Origin: an uncultured Flavobacteriales bacterium
Lineage (GTDB): Bacteria > Bacteroidota > Bacteroidia > Flavobacteriales_D > Parvicellaceae
Reading direction: 5' to 3'
Assembly: GCA_913030835.1 (NCBI GenBank)
Contig: CAJWDP010000012.1
Span: 718 to 64,717 of the forward strand
DNA: 64,000 nt
A program made the position numbers and the translations under genes. Position 1 is the stretch's first letter; each line of letters begins with the position of its first letter. Under the pieces are notes generated by a model, which was given only the letters and a program-made list of their open reading frames with translations, was not told where the DNA came from and searched no databases. Below, piece by piece: positions 10,350 to 21,156 of the stretch.

Positions 10350-11831
10350 TTAAAAAGTTTCTGACTGCTCTTCCGGAAAAAATTTATCGATAAAATTAAC
10401 GAGGTATACTATTTCTTGTGCCCTAGTGATCGCGGTATATAACCATCTTAGGTACTCATTGTTCATCATAGTATCGGTTAAATACCCCTGATCAATAAAA
10501 ACAGCCGGCCACTGGCCCCCTTGTGCTTTGTGACAGGTTACGGCATAAGCAAACTTAACCTGCAATGCATTAAAATAAGGGTTTTCCAACACTTTCTTAA
10601 TCCGTTGTTTCCGGTTAGAAAACTCCATATAATCCTCTTCTACCGCCTCAAAAAACTGTTTCATTTCCTTCGCGGGCAAGTTGGGTCCGTCGATCATTAA
10701 TGTATCCAACAATATTTTAAGTTCCAGATCAGGTTGATTGGGATAATCGATCATTCTACAAATCACGTTGGCAAATCTTTTGCCGTAAAGCTCTTCGTAT
10801 CCCCTAATATTTAAAATTTCAATACTATCGCCGTTGGCGATAAACCCAGCCTCGGAATCCGCACCCAACCAGAAGTAGTTGTTTTTAACTACCATTAGCA
10901 AATCTCCGGTGCAAATTTCATCCTCATGCCACAAAATTCTACTCCTGATCTGTTGATTGAAATTATTTGCCCGCTTATTGGATCGAGTAACAACCATACA
11001 ACCCTGAATTCCAAATCGACCATTCATGTTTTCCAGCTCATCTTGCAATTCGCGTCCATTAATCCGCACAACATCATCAAATTCCGATGAGTACAGTTTT
11101 GGATACTTCAATGACTCTGTCTTATTGTCGATGTTTAAATTCTGCTGGTTCCTTATTTGAAACGAATTGTATAGAATACCTGAGGATTTAGCTTGTCTTA
11201 CGACTTCTTTCAGCTCGTATTCAAATACGGTAAGTCCAAATGAATCTGTTATAAATTCTCGCTGTAATGCAAAACTTTCATCTTCCAGCACAGGCGGTAA
11301 TTGCGCAGTATCTCCTACAAGAATCAACTGACAACCAACTCCTTCTTTCACATAGTGAATTAGATCTTCCAAAAGGCTACGTTCTCTTTCGAAAGGATTT
11401 TTAACTCCACGCTGTATTGAAATCATAGATGCTTCGTCTACAATAAACACTGTGTTCTTATGTAGATTCTGCATAAGTGCAAAATAGTTCGAGCCACCTC
11501 TGCTAGTTTTGAAATACAATTTTCGGTGAATGGTTGATGCCTGCAGTCCCGAATAATTGGTCATTACTTTGGCCGCTCTACCTGTCGGAGCCAGTAAGGA
11601 AACCGACCAATTGTATTCGGAGAGTGTTTTTACAAGGGCTGCAATTGCAGATGTTTTACCCGTCCCTGCATACCCTCTCAACAAAAAAATTGAATTTTTA
11701 TCTTTCAGACACAGGTATTTGCTGAGAAGCTCTAACGCACATTTCTGTTCCTCAGTTGGGTCATGAGGATAGTTGGAAAGCAATAACTCAAAAAATCGTT
11801 GCGTTATCTCTATGGAATGGTTGTTAGACAT
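10350..11831 (-). CDS. SF1B RecD/Pif1-family ATP-dependent DNA helicase
   Basis: Motifs seen are Walker A GYAGTGKTS, Walker B FIVDEASMI, QLILVGDTAQLPPV (Pif1/RecD-like motif III region) and the C-terminal YAVTCHKAQGGQW (UvrD_C_2-type motif). Confidence 0.8.
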   Translation of the reverse strand: MSNNHSIEITQRFFELLLSNYPHDPTEEQKCALELLSKYLCLKDKNSIFLLRGYAGTGKTSAIAALVKTLSEYNWSVSLLAPTGRAAKVMTNYSGLQASTIHRKLYFKTSRGGSNYFALMQNLHKNTVFIVDEASMISIQRGVKNPFERERSLLEDLIHYVKEGVGCQLILVGDTAQLPPVLEDESFALQREFITDSFGLTVFEYELKEVVRQAKSSGILYNSFQIRNQQNLNIDNKTESLKYPKLYSSEFDDVVRINGRELQDELENMNGRFGIQGCMVVTRSNKRANNFNQQIRSRILWHEDEICTGDLLMVVKNNYFWLGADSEAGFIANGDSIEILNIRGYEELYGKRFANVICRMIDYPNQPDLELKILLDTLMIDGPNLPAKEMKQFFEAVEEDYMEFSNRKQRIKKVLENPYFNALQVKFAYAVTCHKAQGGQWPAVFIDQGYLTDTMMNNEYLRWLYTAITRAQEIVYLVNFIDKFFPEEQSETF

Positions 11832-11937
11832 GCATCTTAGAATACAATTGAACTGTCGAGTAAAATTATGGAATACATCAAGTTAAAATGATGACATCTG
11901 ATTTTTTTTACAACCTATTTCAATATGAAAAAAATTG

Positions 11938-11945
11938 TAGTTTTG
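11938..11945 (+). promoter_or_regulatory. Candidate -7 promoter box (TAGTTTTG) for the 11968 operon
   Basis: It matches TAnnTTTG and ends 22 nt upstream of the ATG at 11968. No clear -33 TTG is present. Confidence 0.3.
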
Positions 11946-11967
11946 TATCTCTCAAAAAGGCAGAAAA

Positions 11968-12906
11968 ATGGACGGATATGACAAAATAATGCACCATGCG
12001 GGGAAGTACATTTTTCCCGGAATATTCACGATAGCAGGATTAACCATGTTGATCTTGGGATTAACAGTGAATAAAGATACCGGAGTACAGCAAACACCTG
12101 AATTTGTTTACGCCGGACTTGCTCTTTTCCTTATGGGCATTCTGATGGTTTTACATGTGTTAGGAATCTTTAAGCGCAAATCACGCTTCATTTTAATTCC
12201 GGTATTGATCTCGGTTTGCATATGGTTCGGATATATGAATTATGCTTCCATCCAGGCTCGGATAGAGTTGGAAGAGGAATATTTGCTCTACAATAAATAC
12301 GTCAAACAATCGCTAATCGACATCCGAGATGTGCAGGTTGCCTTCAAAAAAACCTATCAGAGATACAGCGACAATATTGGTGAACTGGAGAATTTCTTAA
12401 AAACAGGCTCTGTGAGCTACGTTTCTGCCAAGTGCGATAATCGACTTATACCTGATGAGCGCATGAATATGGAACAAGCTGCTTTATTAGGAATTGACCC
12501 CAATACGGATGAGGGCAACAGAGAAATGGAAAAGATCGATGAGGATGAAGCTACCATTCTTGGATTGATCACAAGGGACACGGTTCAAATACCTGCAGTT
12601 GACTACATCTTTAATGGATACAAAATTTGTGACTGCAATGTAGATGGCAAAGAGTATGAAGTTCGTGTACCTCCCATGCACACCGCGGAAAAAAGGCATT
12701 TTCCTTTTGAGCTGGAAAAAATTTGGACGAAAAGGTCAAAGGAAGGACAATTCATTGTTCAAGCGACTGACATAGGTGACTCGTCACATCCAAAGCCCGT
12801 GTTTAAGGTCTACGACCCGAAACCATTTGACCCATTTATGAGAAGAGATACCTTAGTCGTTGGTAATCTAACAAAACACCACACGGAAGGTAATTGGAAG
12901 GACTAA
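11968..12906 (+). CDS. Hypothetical membrane protein (three N-terminal TM helices plus a soluble C-terminal domain)
   Basis: The ORF has good coding character and TM segments at roughly residues 14-34, 46-66 and 74-94. I recognise no family. The stop overlaps the next start (TAATG). Confidence 0.55.
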   Translation: MDGYDKIMHHAGKYIFPGIFTIAGLTMLILGLTVNKDTGVQQTPEFVYAGLALFLMGILMVLHVLGIFKRKSRFILIPVLISVCIWFGYMNYASIQARIELEEEYLLYNKYVKQSLIDIRDVQVAFKKTYQRYSDNIGELENFLKTGSVSYVSAKCDNRLIPDERMNMEQAALLGIDPNTDEGNREMEKIDEDEATILGLITRDTVQIPAVDYIFNGYKICDCNVDGKEYEVRVPPMHTAEKRHFPFELEKIWTKRSKEGQFIVQATDIGDSSHPKPVFKVYDPKPFDPFMRRDTLVVGNLTKHHTEGNWKD

Positions 12907-13709
12907 TGCAGCAAAAGCTGTTTCAAAATAAAACTGACGATTTCAGAGTCAATAATCAAAACCACCTCAATATTGAGTGTGGTTTTGGTCTTTTTAAGGC
13001 GGTCATAATTAACCCTACTTCGAATGAAGTCATATGGGCATGCAGCGAAGAATCGACAGGGATCGAAAAGAGTTTGAATCGCCTGAATTTAAGTGATAAA
13101 GGTTTTGCTCAGGTTACCATTAATTTGGCAAATGGATATTCTACCCTAATTCCCAACAAGCTATTTGATGAAAACCAGCTTGACAATTACCTGAATTACA
13201 ACTTTGAAACCATCGACCATACCATTGCTGATTTTGACTCACTAAAAACCGTGGAAGCCAAAAACTGCTATTTGTTGTTTAAAAAAGAAAGAGACGACAT
13301 TTACCAATTGTTCAGCAATGCAACCATTGGACATCAGTCAACTTCTTTCATTGAATTGAACCGAGCTTCAGATTCATCCGTTATTTTGGAGATGCATCCA
13401 ACCCACTTTCAGCTGATGCATGTGCGGGATCATCTTTTTAAAATTTTCAACTGTTTTGCTTACGAAAATGCTGAGGACCTATTGTATTATGTGACCTACG
13501 CATTGCGACAATTGAAAATTGAAAAAGAAACGGTTGTAGAACTATCAGGCTGGATTGATGAGAAAAGCACATTGTATAAAAAATTGAAAGAGTATTTGCC
13601 GGAGCTCAAGATTCGAAAAGCAACCATCAGCCCCATCAAACCGGGATGCATCCCCTTAAGTGAATTACACCAATTTAATCAGGTCATTCGACAACACATT
13701 TGCGCATAA
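12906..13709 (+). CDS. Bacteroidota-conserved hypothetical protein (possibly DUF3822 family)
   Basis: It sits immediately upstream of rsmD, as DUF3822 genes do in Flavobacteriia. The ATG at 12906 overlaps the upstream stop, whereas the track ORF starts at a TTG at 12894. The family assignment is from memory only. Confidence 0.5.
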   Translation: MQQKLFQNKTDDFRVNNQNHLNIECGFGLFKAVIINPTSNEVIWACSEESTGIEKSLNRLNLSDKGFAQVTINLANGYSTLIPNKLFDENQLDNYLNYNFETIDHTIADFDSLKTVEAKNCYLLFKKERDDIYQLFSNATIGHQSTSFIELNRASDSSVILEMHPTHFQLMHVRDHLFKIFNCFAYENAEDLLYYVTYALRQLKIEKETVVELSGWIDEKSTLYKKLKEYLPELKIRKATISPIKPGCIPLSELHQFNQVIRQHICA

Positions 13710-14227
13710 TTTCAGGAAAATATAGGAGCAAACGTATTCAGGCACCCAAATCGATCAAAGCAAGGCCAACTACGGATTTTGCAAAAGAAAGCCTGTTCAA
13801 CATCCTCTGTAGCCGATACGACTTAGATCAGATTCAAGTGTTGGATCTCTTTTCCGGAACTGGAAATATATCGTATGAATTCGGTTCACGCGGTGCCAAG
13901 AGTATTGTTGCCGTTGATATCTCTAGAGCGAGCTATAAATTCATTTCAAGCATGTCCAGTGAACTCATGTTGCCAATGAACGTAATACAGGATGATGTTT
14001 TTCGATTTTTAAGCAAAACAGCAGGTAATTTCGATATCATATTTGCAGATCCACCTTACCGTCATGAAAAAATGTTGGAAATTCCACAAATGATATTCAC
14101 TCAAAACTTATTGAAACCTAACGGTGTTTTGATCGTTGAGCATGATAAACTAACTGATTTCACCAAAGAGGAACGGTTCTTGGAGCTGCGGCAATACGGT
14201 AAAGTCAATTTTTCTTTTTTTGAGTAA
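13700..14227 (+). CDS. rsmD: 16S rRNA (guanine966-N2)-methyltransferase RsmD
   Basis: The N-terminus is MRIISGKYRSKRIQAP...RPTTDFAKESLFNIL, with the SAM motif LDLFSGTGNISYE and the catalytic FADPPY. The start codon is TTG. Confidence 0.9.
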   Translation: MRIISGKYRSKRIQAPKSIKARPTTDFAKESLFNILCSRYDLDQIQVLDLFSGTGNISYEFGSRGAKSIVAVDISRASYKFISSMSSELMLPMNVIQDDVFRFLSKTAGNFDIIFADPPYRHEKMLEIPQMIFTQNLLKPNGVLIVEHDKLTDFTKEERFLELRQYGKVNFSFFE

Positions 14228-14236
14228 TTAAATTGT

Positions 14237-14695
14237 ATGAAACGGACAGCAATTTTTCCCGGATCTTTTGACCCGATAACCAGAGGTCATGAAAATGTAA
14301 TCCTTAGAGCAGCTCAGCTCTTTGACCAGGTAATTGTCGCTGTCGGTAACAATTCAAGCAAAAAATGCTTATTCGATGTTGAGAAAAGGGTCGGATTCAT
14401 TGAACAAACGTTTGTAACCAATCCGAAAATTGAAGTTGATACATTTGACGGTCTTACTGTTGAATTTTGTAGAAAAATGAATGCAAAGTACATTTTAAGA
14501 GGATTGAGAAATGCACTAGATTTTGAATATGAAAAGTCTATTTCGCAACTAAATAAAGAGCTTGATTCCGAAATAGAAACTGTTTTTTTAATCACAGCTC
14601 CTGAGTTTTCCGCAATCAGCTCAACCATTGTAAGAGAAATAATTATTAATCACGGTGATGCATCTGCATTCATTCCAGCTCAGATTAAGCTATGA
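14237..14695 (+). CDS. coaD: Phosphopantetheine adenylyltransferase
   Basis: FPGSFDPITRGH (the HxGH-type nucleotidyltransferase motif) and ISSTIVREI are present, and the protein is 152 aa. Confidence 0.92.
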   Translation: MKRTAIFPGSFDPITRGHENVILRAAQLFDQVIVAVGNNSSKKCLFDVEKRVGFIEQTFVTNPKIEVDTFDGLTVEFCRKMNAKYILRGLRNALDFEYEKSISQLNKELDSEIETVFLITAPEFSAISSTIVREIIINHGDASAFIPAQIKL

Positions 14696-16185
14696 TAAAG
14701 TGCTGTTTATTGATTGTTTGTTTGCTGGTTTCGAGTGTCTCATTCCTAGCAAATCAAATTACTGTCCATGGCAGGGCTCCGGGATTCGCAGGCAAGTATG
14801 TTTATCTAAACCGATATTCAGACTACCTTACTCAAGCCTACGAAAAGCTGGATTTTACTAGAATTGATTCAGAAGGAAACTTCTCCTTGATTGCCAGTTT
14901 GGATAATATTACCGAGACCTTTGTTCAGATACAAGACAAATCGGGTGTGCTTTATATCGATCCAAAAACGACAGATTACTATATCTATTTTCCTTCAATT
15001 GAGCAAGAGGACTACTACAACGGAAAGAGTGTTCAATTGGTAATGGATAGCTTGGATAAAAATGACATCAACACGTTGATCATTGATTATCAGCAACGCT
15101 TAAACCATTTTCTGCACGTTGGTCCATATGACAACTTGAATGATACGACATGGAATCTGGCGAAGATCATTCTGACACCGGAAGGTCTTGAAGAGATAAA
15201 GAAGTTTGGACTGAAATGTAATGCTGAATACGAAAATGTTGAGCTGGCGTATTTTCAAAATTACATACACTACTCAATAGCCGGATACGAACAATTTGCG
15301 GGAGGAATAAACAACATCAATCACAATAAAAATAGAATCTACGAGAAGTACATTTTGAATCAAGACGTTCTTTATAACAACGCCAGCTACATGTACTTTC
15401 TTTTCGAATTCTACGAGAATCCTTTCAAAATGCTCGGGAGAACAAGCTTTATTGTTCTGGAAGAGATTGTGAACGATTATGCCAGCTACAATTTGCTTTT
15501 GGACCTCTTGAATTCTGAACCCTTACTTCAGGATGAACAAATAGCCGAATTGATTTTAATCAAAGGCATAATGGAAGAATATCATTCAGGCAGATATTTC
15601 AAAAAGAACATGATCCACATATTGGATAGTGTTTGTATTGCATCCGATTTTGATAAAAATAAAGAGCTGGCATCCAATCTAAAACACATTTTAACCCGGT
15701 TGGAAAAAGGATATGCTGCTCCGGAATTCAATCTGGTAACGTCTAATTCGGATACAATTAGCAAAGCTTCTTTTCAAAACAAATACATCTACCTGGATTT
15801 CTTCCATACCCAAAGCACCTCTGCTCTTGCTGAAAAATTGGTCATGCCCGACCTGAAAAAAAAATATGGAGATTACATTGAGTTTGTTTCGATTTGTCTG
15901 GATGATGACCCGAAAGCGTTGACCGGATTTTTAAAAGAAAACCCAAAATACGACTGGCACTTTGCTCACTATCAAGGAAATTTGGCGCTACTGGAAAATT
16001 ATAATGTTCGTTCAGTACCAAGCTATTATTTAATCGGTCCGGAAGGAGAAATGGTTGATGCCAACGCACTTCGCCCTGCACCGCTGAGTCCGGGGGCCCA
16101 ATACACAACGATAGACAAGACCTTTTGGGCAATCAAGAGAAAATTTCACAAAAAAGAGCCCATCCGAGTAGGAGAAAAAGACTAG
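14692..16185 (+). CDS. Secreted TlpA/ResA-like thioredoxin-fold protein lacking the CXXC active site
   Basis: The protein has a signal peptide. The C-terminal thioredoxin-like fold reads KYIYLDFFHTQSTSALAEK...VRSVPSYYLIGPEGEM. The usual WCGPC position reads HTQST. Confidence 0.6.
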   Translation: MIKCCLLIVCLLVSSVSFLANQITVHGRAPGFAGKYVYLNRYSDYLTQAYEKLDFTRIDSEGNFSLIASLDNITETFVQIQDKSGVLYIDPKTTDYYIYFPSIEQEDYYNGKSVQLVMDSLDKNDINTLIIDYQQRLNHFLHVGPYDNLNDTTWNLAKIILTPEGLEEIKKFGLKCNAEYENVELAYFQNYIHYSIAGYEQFAGGINNINHNKNRIYEKYILNQDVLYNNASYMYFLFEFYENPFKMLGRTSFIVLEEIVNDYASYNLLLDLLNSEPLLQDEQIAELILIKGIMEEYHSGRYFKKNMIHILDSVCIASDFDKNKELASNLKHILTRLEKGYAAPEFNLVTSNSDTISKASFQNKYIYLDFFHTQSTSALAEKLVMPDLKKKYGDYIEFVSICLDDDPKALTGFLKENPKYDWHFAHYQGNLALLENYNVRSVPSYYLIGPEGEMVDANALRPAPLSPGAQYTTIDKTFWAIKRKFHKKEPIRVGEKD

Positions 16186-16772
16186 CTGCACAAATCCAAT
16201 ACGTCCTGGATCGACCCATAGGTATTATTCATTACCTGGTTCCATTTTTCGCGAGTCAACCAATCCGCTTTGGTTATACCTTCTTCCAACTGCGGAGTAA
16301 GCGCTTGGTCTCCACTGTATTCCATTAAAAACCAATGGGTTCGCTTTAATATCCATTTTCCTTCTAAGAAATAGGTGTGGTACGTTTCTGTAATGTTATC
16401 CACTATATCGGGCGAGTCGATACCACATTCCTCTTCAACTTCTCGAACTGCAGCTGTTTCTGGAGTTTCCCCGGGATCTATTTTTCCTTTAGGCAAATCC
16501 CACTTGCTATTGCGGAAAATAAAAAGGTATTGATCATTCTTCCGCACAAGCCCACCTGCAGCTTCTATCGGACAAAACAATTCTTGGAATGCCTTCCAAT
16601 CCGACAAATCCCCCAAAACAAAGGTGGACATATTGTGGTCGTGGTAATCAAAAATATCGTCAATATCTAAAATTGAGTCATATTCAATTATTCCCGAGCC
16701 TTGCGAAACTGAAACTCCTTCCAACGTTGACAGAAAAAAAAGAGGCTTTTCGTTTATAAAAACTTTATACAT
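16182..16772 (-). CDS. NUDIX hydrolase
   Basis: It carries the Nudix box GKIDPGETPETAAVREVEEECGI. Confidence 0.85.
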   Translation of the reverse strand: MYKVFINEKPLFFLSTLEGVSVSQGSGIIEYDSILDIDDIFDYHDHNMSTFVLGDLSDWKAFQELFCPIEAAGGLVRKNDQYLFIFRNSKWDLPKGKIDPGETPETAAVREVEEECGIDSPDIVDNITETYHTYFLEGKWILKRTHWFLMEYSGDQALTPQLEEGITKADWLTREKWNQVMNNTYGSIQDVLDLCS

Positions 16773-16780
16773 TTGCGGCT

Positions 16781-17422
16781 ATGATTTTCAGACCTGAAAC
16801 AGCATCAAAAGTAGCTGAATTATTGCTTCAAATCAAGGCCATTAAACTTCAACCAAAAAATCCGTTTACTTGGGCTTCTGGTATTCAATCTCCGATTTAT
16901 TGTGATAACAGGGTTATTCTATCCTACCCTGACATAAGAACTTTTATACGACAAGAATTCTGTGAGGCGATTGAGGAAAAGTTTCCCTCCCCATCGTTAA
17001 TTGCTGGAGTAGCGACAGGTGGAATCCCTTTGGGAACCCTAATTGCGCAGGAATTAGGTGTCGGCTTCGCCTATGTCAGGTCGTCAAACAAAGGTCACGG
17101 TCTTCAAAATCAGGTTGAAGGAGTAGTCAACCCGGGACAAGACGTAGTCGTTGTTGAGGATTTGATATCTACAGGAATGAGCAGTCTTGATGCAGTCAAA
17201 GCCCTTAGGGATAAAGAAGCTTCTATTAAAGGAATGCTTGCAGTATTTACCTACGGTTTTGACGAAACGTACCAACGCTTCAAAACTGAAAATTGCCCAC
17301 TAACCGTATTGTGTGATTATGATCATTTGCTTGAAGTTGCGCTAAAAACCAACTATATCAATGATGATGAAATGAACTCCATCCAGAATTGGAGGAAGGA
17401 TCCTAAATCCTGGAATAGTTAA
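16781..17422 (+). CDS. pyrE: Orotate phosphoribosyltransferase
   Basis: The PRPP-binding motif VVVVEDLISTGMSS and the WASGIQSPIYCDNR segment typical of PyrE are present. Confidence 0.9.
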   Translation: MIFRPETASKVAELLLQIKAIKLQPKNPFTWASGIQSPIYCDNRVILSYPDIRTFIRQEFCEAIEEKFPSPSLIAGVATGGIPLGTLIAQELGVGFAYVRSSNKGHGLQNQVEGVVNPGQDVVVVEDLISTGMSSLDAVKALRDKEASIKGMLAVFTYGFDETYQRFKTENCPLTVLCDYDHLLEVALKTNYINDDEMNSIQNWRKDPKSWNS

Positions 17423-17424
17423 TT

Positions 17425-17835
17425 ATGACAGAAATCATTAGTAATAAGGCAGAGGTAAACGCCGATATCGTTGAGGTGTTTTCGTTTTTAACGGACATGA
17501 ATAATTACGAGTTGCTATTACCAAAAGATAACATTTCACATTGGAAAGCGACTGACGATGAATTCTCCTGTAAAATTCAAAATACCTATACCATTTCTTT
17601 GCGCAAAAACGGAGTAACCGAGTATACTGAAATACGGCTTAAATCTTCCGAAGATTCACCTTTGAAATTCAATCTGGATTTAAAATTGAACGAAATTGGT
17701 GATAATAGAACAACCGCGCAGTTGTTTTGTAATGCAGATTTGAATCCATTCCTAAAAATGATGGCGTTAAAGCCGCTGCAAAACTTATTCAATTACATGG
17801 CAAAACGCCTGGAGAAGGTATTTCCAGAAAGCTAA
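17425..17835 (+). CDS. SRPBCC (START/Bet v1-like) family protein
   Basis: The size (136 aa), the N-terminal pattern (...VNADIVEVFSFLTDMNNYELLLP) and the conserved position after pyrE in Flavobacteriia support the call. Confidence 0.5.
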   Translation: MTEIISNKAEVNADIVEVFSFLTDMNNYELLLPKDNISHWKATDDEFSCKIQNTYTISLRKNGVTEYTEIRLKSSEDSPLKFNLDLKLNEIGDNRTTAQLFCNADLNPFLKMMALKPLQNLFNYMAKRLEKVFPES

Positions 17836-18578
17836 ATCAGTCGAATCGTTTTAAACAAAAAGCTTCGAACTTCTTCCTCAGATTTTAGCACAAGCTCACC
17901 ACAATTCTTCACATCAATTATTTCACCCTTAAAAACGGAACCTGAGGTCAGTTCTTGATACATTAATTCTGAACGAAAACCCAGTAAGGCAGACATATAC
18001 TCTTCTTTAATCTCTGCTGTGTGATCCGCTTTTAATTTTAAATAATGACGTTCTAAAGCGGAATTCAGCAATTCCAAAACATTTTCCAAATTGTATTGTT
18101 TGCCGGTCACATTTCTAATAGAGGTGGCTTCAAGGCTATTATCAAAAAACTCTTGGTTTACGTTTAAGCCAATTCCAACTATTGACGAGGTGAATTTATT
18201 TCCCTGTATGTTATTTTCAATCAATATTCCGGCAATTTTCCGATTTTCCACCAAGATGTCATTGGGCCATTTTATGATCGCTGATATTTTATAGGACCTC
18301 AAAACTTCAATAAGCGCAACCGAAACCACCATGGAAAGAAAAAATCGATCTTGGATTGCTAGAAAATTTGGCCGAAAAACATAGGAACAAGTTAAATTCT
18401 CTCCGGGTTCGGAAATCCATGTGTTTTTTGCCTGACCCTTGCCGTTTGTCTGATTTTCTGCCATAATTACAGTCCCATCAAGCACATTTGTCTCTTTAAT
18501 CAGATTGGCAGCAAAATTGTTCGTTGATTCTGTAGTGTCTAACGCTATTTTGTTTTGACCGACAAACAATGTTGACAT
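17832..18578 (-). CDS. birA: Biotin--[acetyl-CoA-carboxylase] ligase (class I, no HTH domain)
   Basis: It has a QTNGKGQAKNTW biotin-binding loop variant and IKWPNDILVENRKIAGILIE. Confidence 0.85.
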   Translation of the reverse strand: MSTLFVGQNKIALDTTESTNNFAANLIKETNVLDGTVIMAENQTNGKGQAKNTWISEPGENLTCSYVFRPNFLAIQDRFFLSMVVSVALIEVLRSYKISAIIKWPNDILVENRKIAGILIENNIQGNKFTSSIVGIGLNVNQEFFDNSLEATSIRNVTGKQYNLENVLELLNSALERHYLKLKADHTAEIKEEYMSALLGFRSELMYQELTSGSVFKGEIIDVKNCGELVLKSEEEVRSFLFKTIRLI

Positions 18579-18626
18579 AAAGCAATATTAACAAGGGGTA
18601 AAGGTATATTTAATCTGCAAATTAAG

Positions 18627-18634
18627 TAGTTTTG
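18627..18634 (+). promoter_or_regulatory. Candidate -7 promoter box (TAGTTTTG) for rsfS-ftsH
   Basis: It matches TAnnTTTG and ends 21 nt upstream of the rsfS ATG. Confidence 0.35.
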
Positions 18635-18655
18635 CCCGGCATTAGAGAAATTTGA

Positions 18656-19036
18656 ATGAGTAATAGTGTAACGAACCTTTGTCCGCCAAAAATTCTTGCT
18701 GAAACGATTGTTAAAGGCATGCAGGAATTAAAAGGCAGTGACATAACGGTTTTAAACCTTGCTGATGTGCCCGGAGCCGTGAGTCAGTACTTTGTTATTT
18801 GTCACGGTGATTCAAGCACTCAGGTTGAAGCAATCGCCAGGTCAATTGAAAAAGAAACTCAGAAAGAATTGAAGGAAAAACCCTGGCATATTGAAGGAAA
18901 TGAAAATGCAGAGTGGGTGCTGTTAGACTATGTAGACGTAGTAGCGCATGTTTTTTACAGAGAAACAAGAGAGTTTTACAACCTGGAAGGACTATGGGCA
19001 GACGCAACTTTTGAAAAAATTGAATACCAGATTTAA
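18656..19036 (+). CDS. rsfS: Ribosome silencing factor RsfS
   Basis: The 126-aa protein contains DYFVICHGDS-like (SQYFVICHGDSSTQV) and WVLLDYVDVVAHVF motifs. Confidence 0.88.
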   Translation: MSNSVTNLCPPKILAETIVKGMQELKGSDITVLNLADVPGAVSQYFVICHGDSSTQVEAIARSIEKETQKELKEKPWHIEGNENAEWVLLDYVDVVAHVFYRETREFYNLEGLWADATFEKIEYQI

Positions 19037-19047
19037 GTTAGAATTAT

Positions 19048-21156
19048 ATGGCAGATAAAAAAAATAATCCAACAGGCAAAAAGCCAGTTTTTAACTTCTA
19101 CTGGATCTACATTGTAATCATTGTTATACTGATTTTGATGGCTCTCTTCCGCTGGGAGGGAGGGATTTCAAAAACAACATATCCCGAGTTTCAGGTTGAA
19201 ATGTTGCAAAAGGGGCACGTAAAGGAGGTCCTGGTAATTAACAAAGCGGTCGCCGAGGTAACCATTAAAAAGGAATTTCTAAATGATCCGATGCATGAAA
19301 AGCAAGTAAATAGATCATTTACAGGAGGTGCAAACAGTGGTCCACATTATTCCTTTCAAATACCAAACAACGAAACTTTCTCAGATAGCCTTTCGGTATG
19401 GAAAGAAGATTACGGAATTACTTATGACTATACTACGGAAGACAATTGGGGTAGAGAAATGTTATCCTGGGTCCTGTTCTTCGGACTTATGATCGGTGTA
19501 TGGATTTTCATTATGAGAAGAGTTTCCGGCGGTGGTGGTCCGGGCGGTCAAATTTTCAACATAGGAAAATCACGTGCTCAGCTCTTTGATAAAGGCAAAG
19601 GAACCAACGTAACATTCAATGATGTAGCTGGATTGGAAGGGGCGAAAGAAGAAGTTCAGGAAATTGTGGATTTTCTTAAAAATCCTAAGAAATATACCGC
19701 ATTAGGTGCTAAGATACCTAAAGGAGCAATTCTTGTAGGCCCTCCTGGTACAGGAAAAACATTATTGGCAAAGGCAGTAGCAGGAGAAGCCAAGGTGCCA
19801 TTTTTCTCACTTTCAGGTTCAGACTTTGTTGAAATGTTTGTAGGTGTTGGCGCATCACGAGTTAGAGATCTTTTCAAACAAGCGAAGGAAAAAGCACCTT
19901 CTATCATTTTCATTGATGAAATTGATGCAATTGGAAGAGCTCGAGGCAAAAGCCCAAATATGGGAAGCAACGATGAGCGAGAAAACACATTAAATCAGCT
20001 ATTGACAGAAATGGATGGTTTTGGAACAAATAGTGGTGTGATCATTCTTGCGGCTACTAATAGAGCGGACATTCTGGATAAAGCATTGATGCGTGCCGGT
20101 AGGTTTGATCGACAAATCTATGTGGATATGCCTGATATGAACGAGCGAAAGGAAATCTTTGAGGTCCACTTGAAACCACTAAAGCTGTCTGATGACCTTG
20201 ATCGTGAATTTCTTGCTAAACAAACACCCGGATTTTCAGGAGCCGATATTGCCAACATCTGCAACGAAGCTGCACTCATCGCTGCGAGAAATGATAAAAA
20301 AGCTGTTGAGAAACAAGACTTTCTGGATGCAGTTGATCGTATTATAGGTGGACTGGAAAAAAAGAATAAAATTATCAGTCCAGAAGAAAAGAAAACCATT
20401 GCGTACCATGAGGCGGGTCATGCAACCGTGAGCTGGCTCTTGGAACATGCAAATCCATTGGTTAAAGTAACGATTGTACCTCGTGGACAGAGTCTTGGTG
20501 CTGCATGGTATCTTCCTGAAGAAAGGCAGATCACAAGAACGGCTCAGATGCTAGACGAAATGTGTGCATTACTTGGAGGAAGAGCGGCAGAAGAAGTAAT
20601 CTTTAGTCAAATCTCCACGGGTGCTCTGAGTGACCTTGAAAGAACCACAAAAATGGCTCAGGCAATGGTAACCATCTATGGTTTGAATGATAAACTGGGT
20701 AACATTAGCTATTACGACTCTTCCGGTCAACAGAACTTCTTTATTGATAAGCCATATAGTGACGATACTGCTAAGCTCATCGACAAAGAAATCAGCATAC
20801 TGGTGGAAAGTCAATACGAGCGCGCTAAGAAAATCTTATCAGAAAATAAAGATAAGCTAGATAAACTGGCTGAAAAGCTGTTGGAAAAAGAAGTTATTTT
20901 CCGAGATGACCTGGAAGAAGTATTTGGAAAAAGACCTTTTGATAGTGATTCAAGTTCAAGCAACGATGCGAGTAATATTTCCGCAGAAATGAAATCCAAC
21001 GCAAGTTCAAAAAACAATCAAAATGCTCAAAAAGTAGAGGAAATTGCTTCGGCATTTAAGGCAGAAGATGGAGAAAATCAATCAGAGCCTAAGAACAATG
21101 CGGACGATGTCGATTCGGAAGAACCAACAGAAAAAGAAACGGAAAACCCGGAATGA
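19048..21156 (+). CDS. ftsH: ATP-dependent zinc metalloprotease FtsH
   Basis: Motifs seen are Walker A GPPGTGKT, an SRH region, zinc motif HEAGHA, an N-terminal TM pair and an acidic C-terminal tail. Confidence 0.95.
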   Translation: MADKKNNPTGKKPVFNFYWIYIVIIVILILMALFRWEGGISKTTYPEFQVEMLQKGHVKEVLVINKAVAEVTIKKEFLNDPMHEKQVNRSFTGGANSGPHYSFQIPNNETFSDSLSVWKEDYGITYDYTTEDNWGREMLSWVLFFGLMIGVWIFIMRRVSGGGGPGGQIFNIGKSRAQLFDKGKGTNVTFNDVAGLEGAKEEVQEIVDFLKNPKKYTALGAKIPKGAILVGPPGTGKTLLAKAVAGEAKVPFFSLSGSDFVEMFVGVGASRVRDLFKQAKEKAPSIIFIDEIDAIGRARGKSPNMGSNDERENTLNQLLTEMDGFGTNSGVIILAATNRADILDKALMRAGRFDRQIYVDMPDMNERKEIFEVHLKPLKLSDDLDREFLAKQTPGFSGADIANICNEAALIAARNDKKAVEKQDFLDAVDRIIGGLEKKNKIISPEEKKTIAYHEAGHATVSWLLEHANPLVKVTIVPRGQSLGAAWYLPEERQITRTAQMLDEMCALLGGRAAEEVIFSQISTGALSDLERTTKMAQAMVTIYGLNDKLGNISYYDSSGQQNFFIDKPYSDDTAKLIDKEISILVESQYERAKKILSENKDKLDKLAEKLLEKEVIFRDDLEEVFGKRPFDSDSSSSNDASNISAEMKSNASSKNNQNAQKVEEIASAFKAEDGENQSEPKNNADDVDSEEPTEKETENPE

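Noticed and set aside
10350-12906. RecD/Pif1-like helicase plus a divergent 3-TM protein as a possible defence pair
   Set aside because: The genes are divergently transcribed. The helicase resembles the housekeeping Pif1/RecD-like helicase common in Bacteroidota. The membrane protein heads a housekeeping operon (rsmD, coaD).
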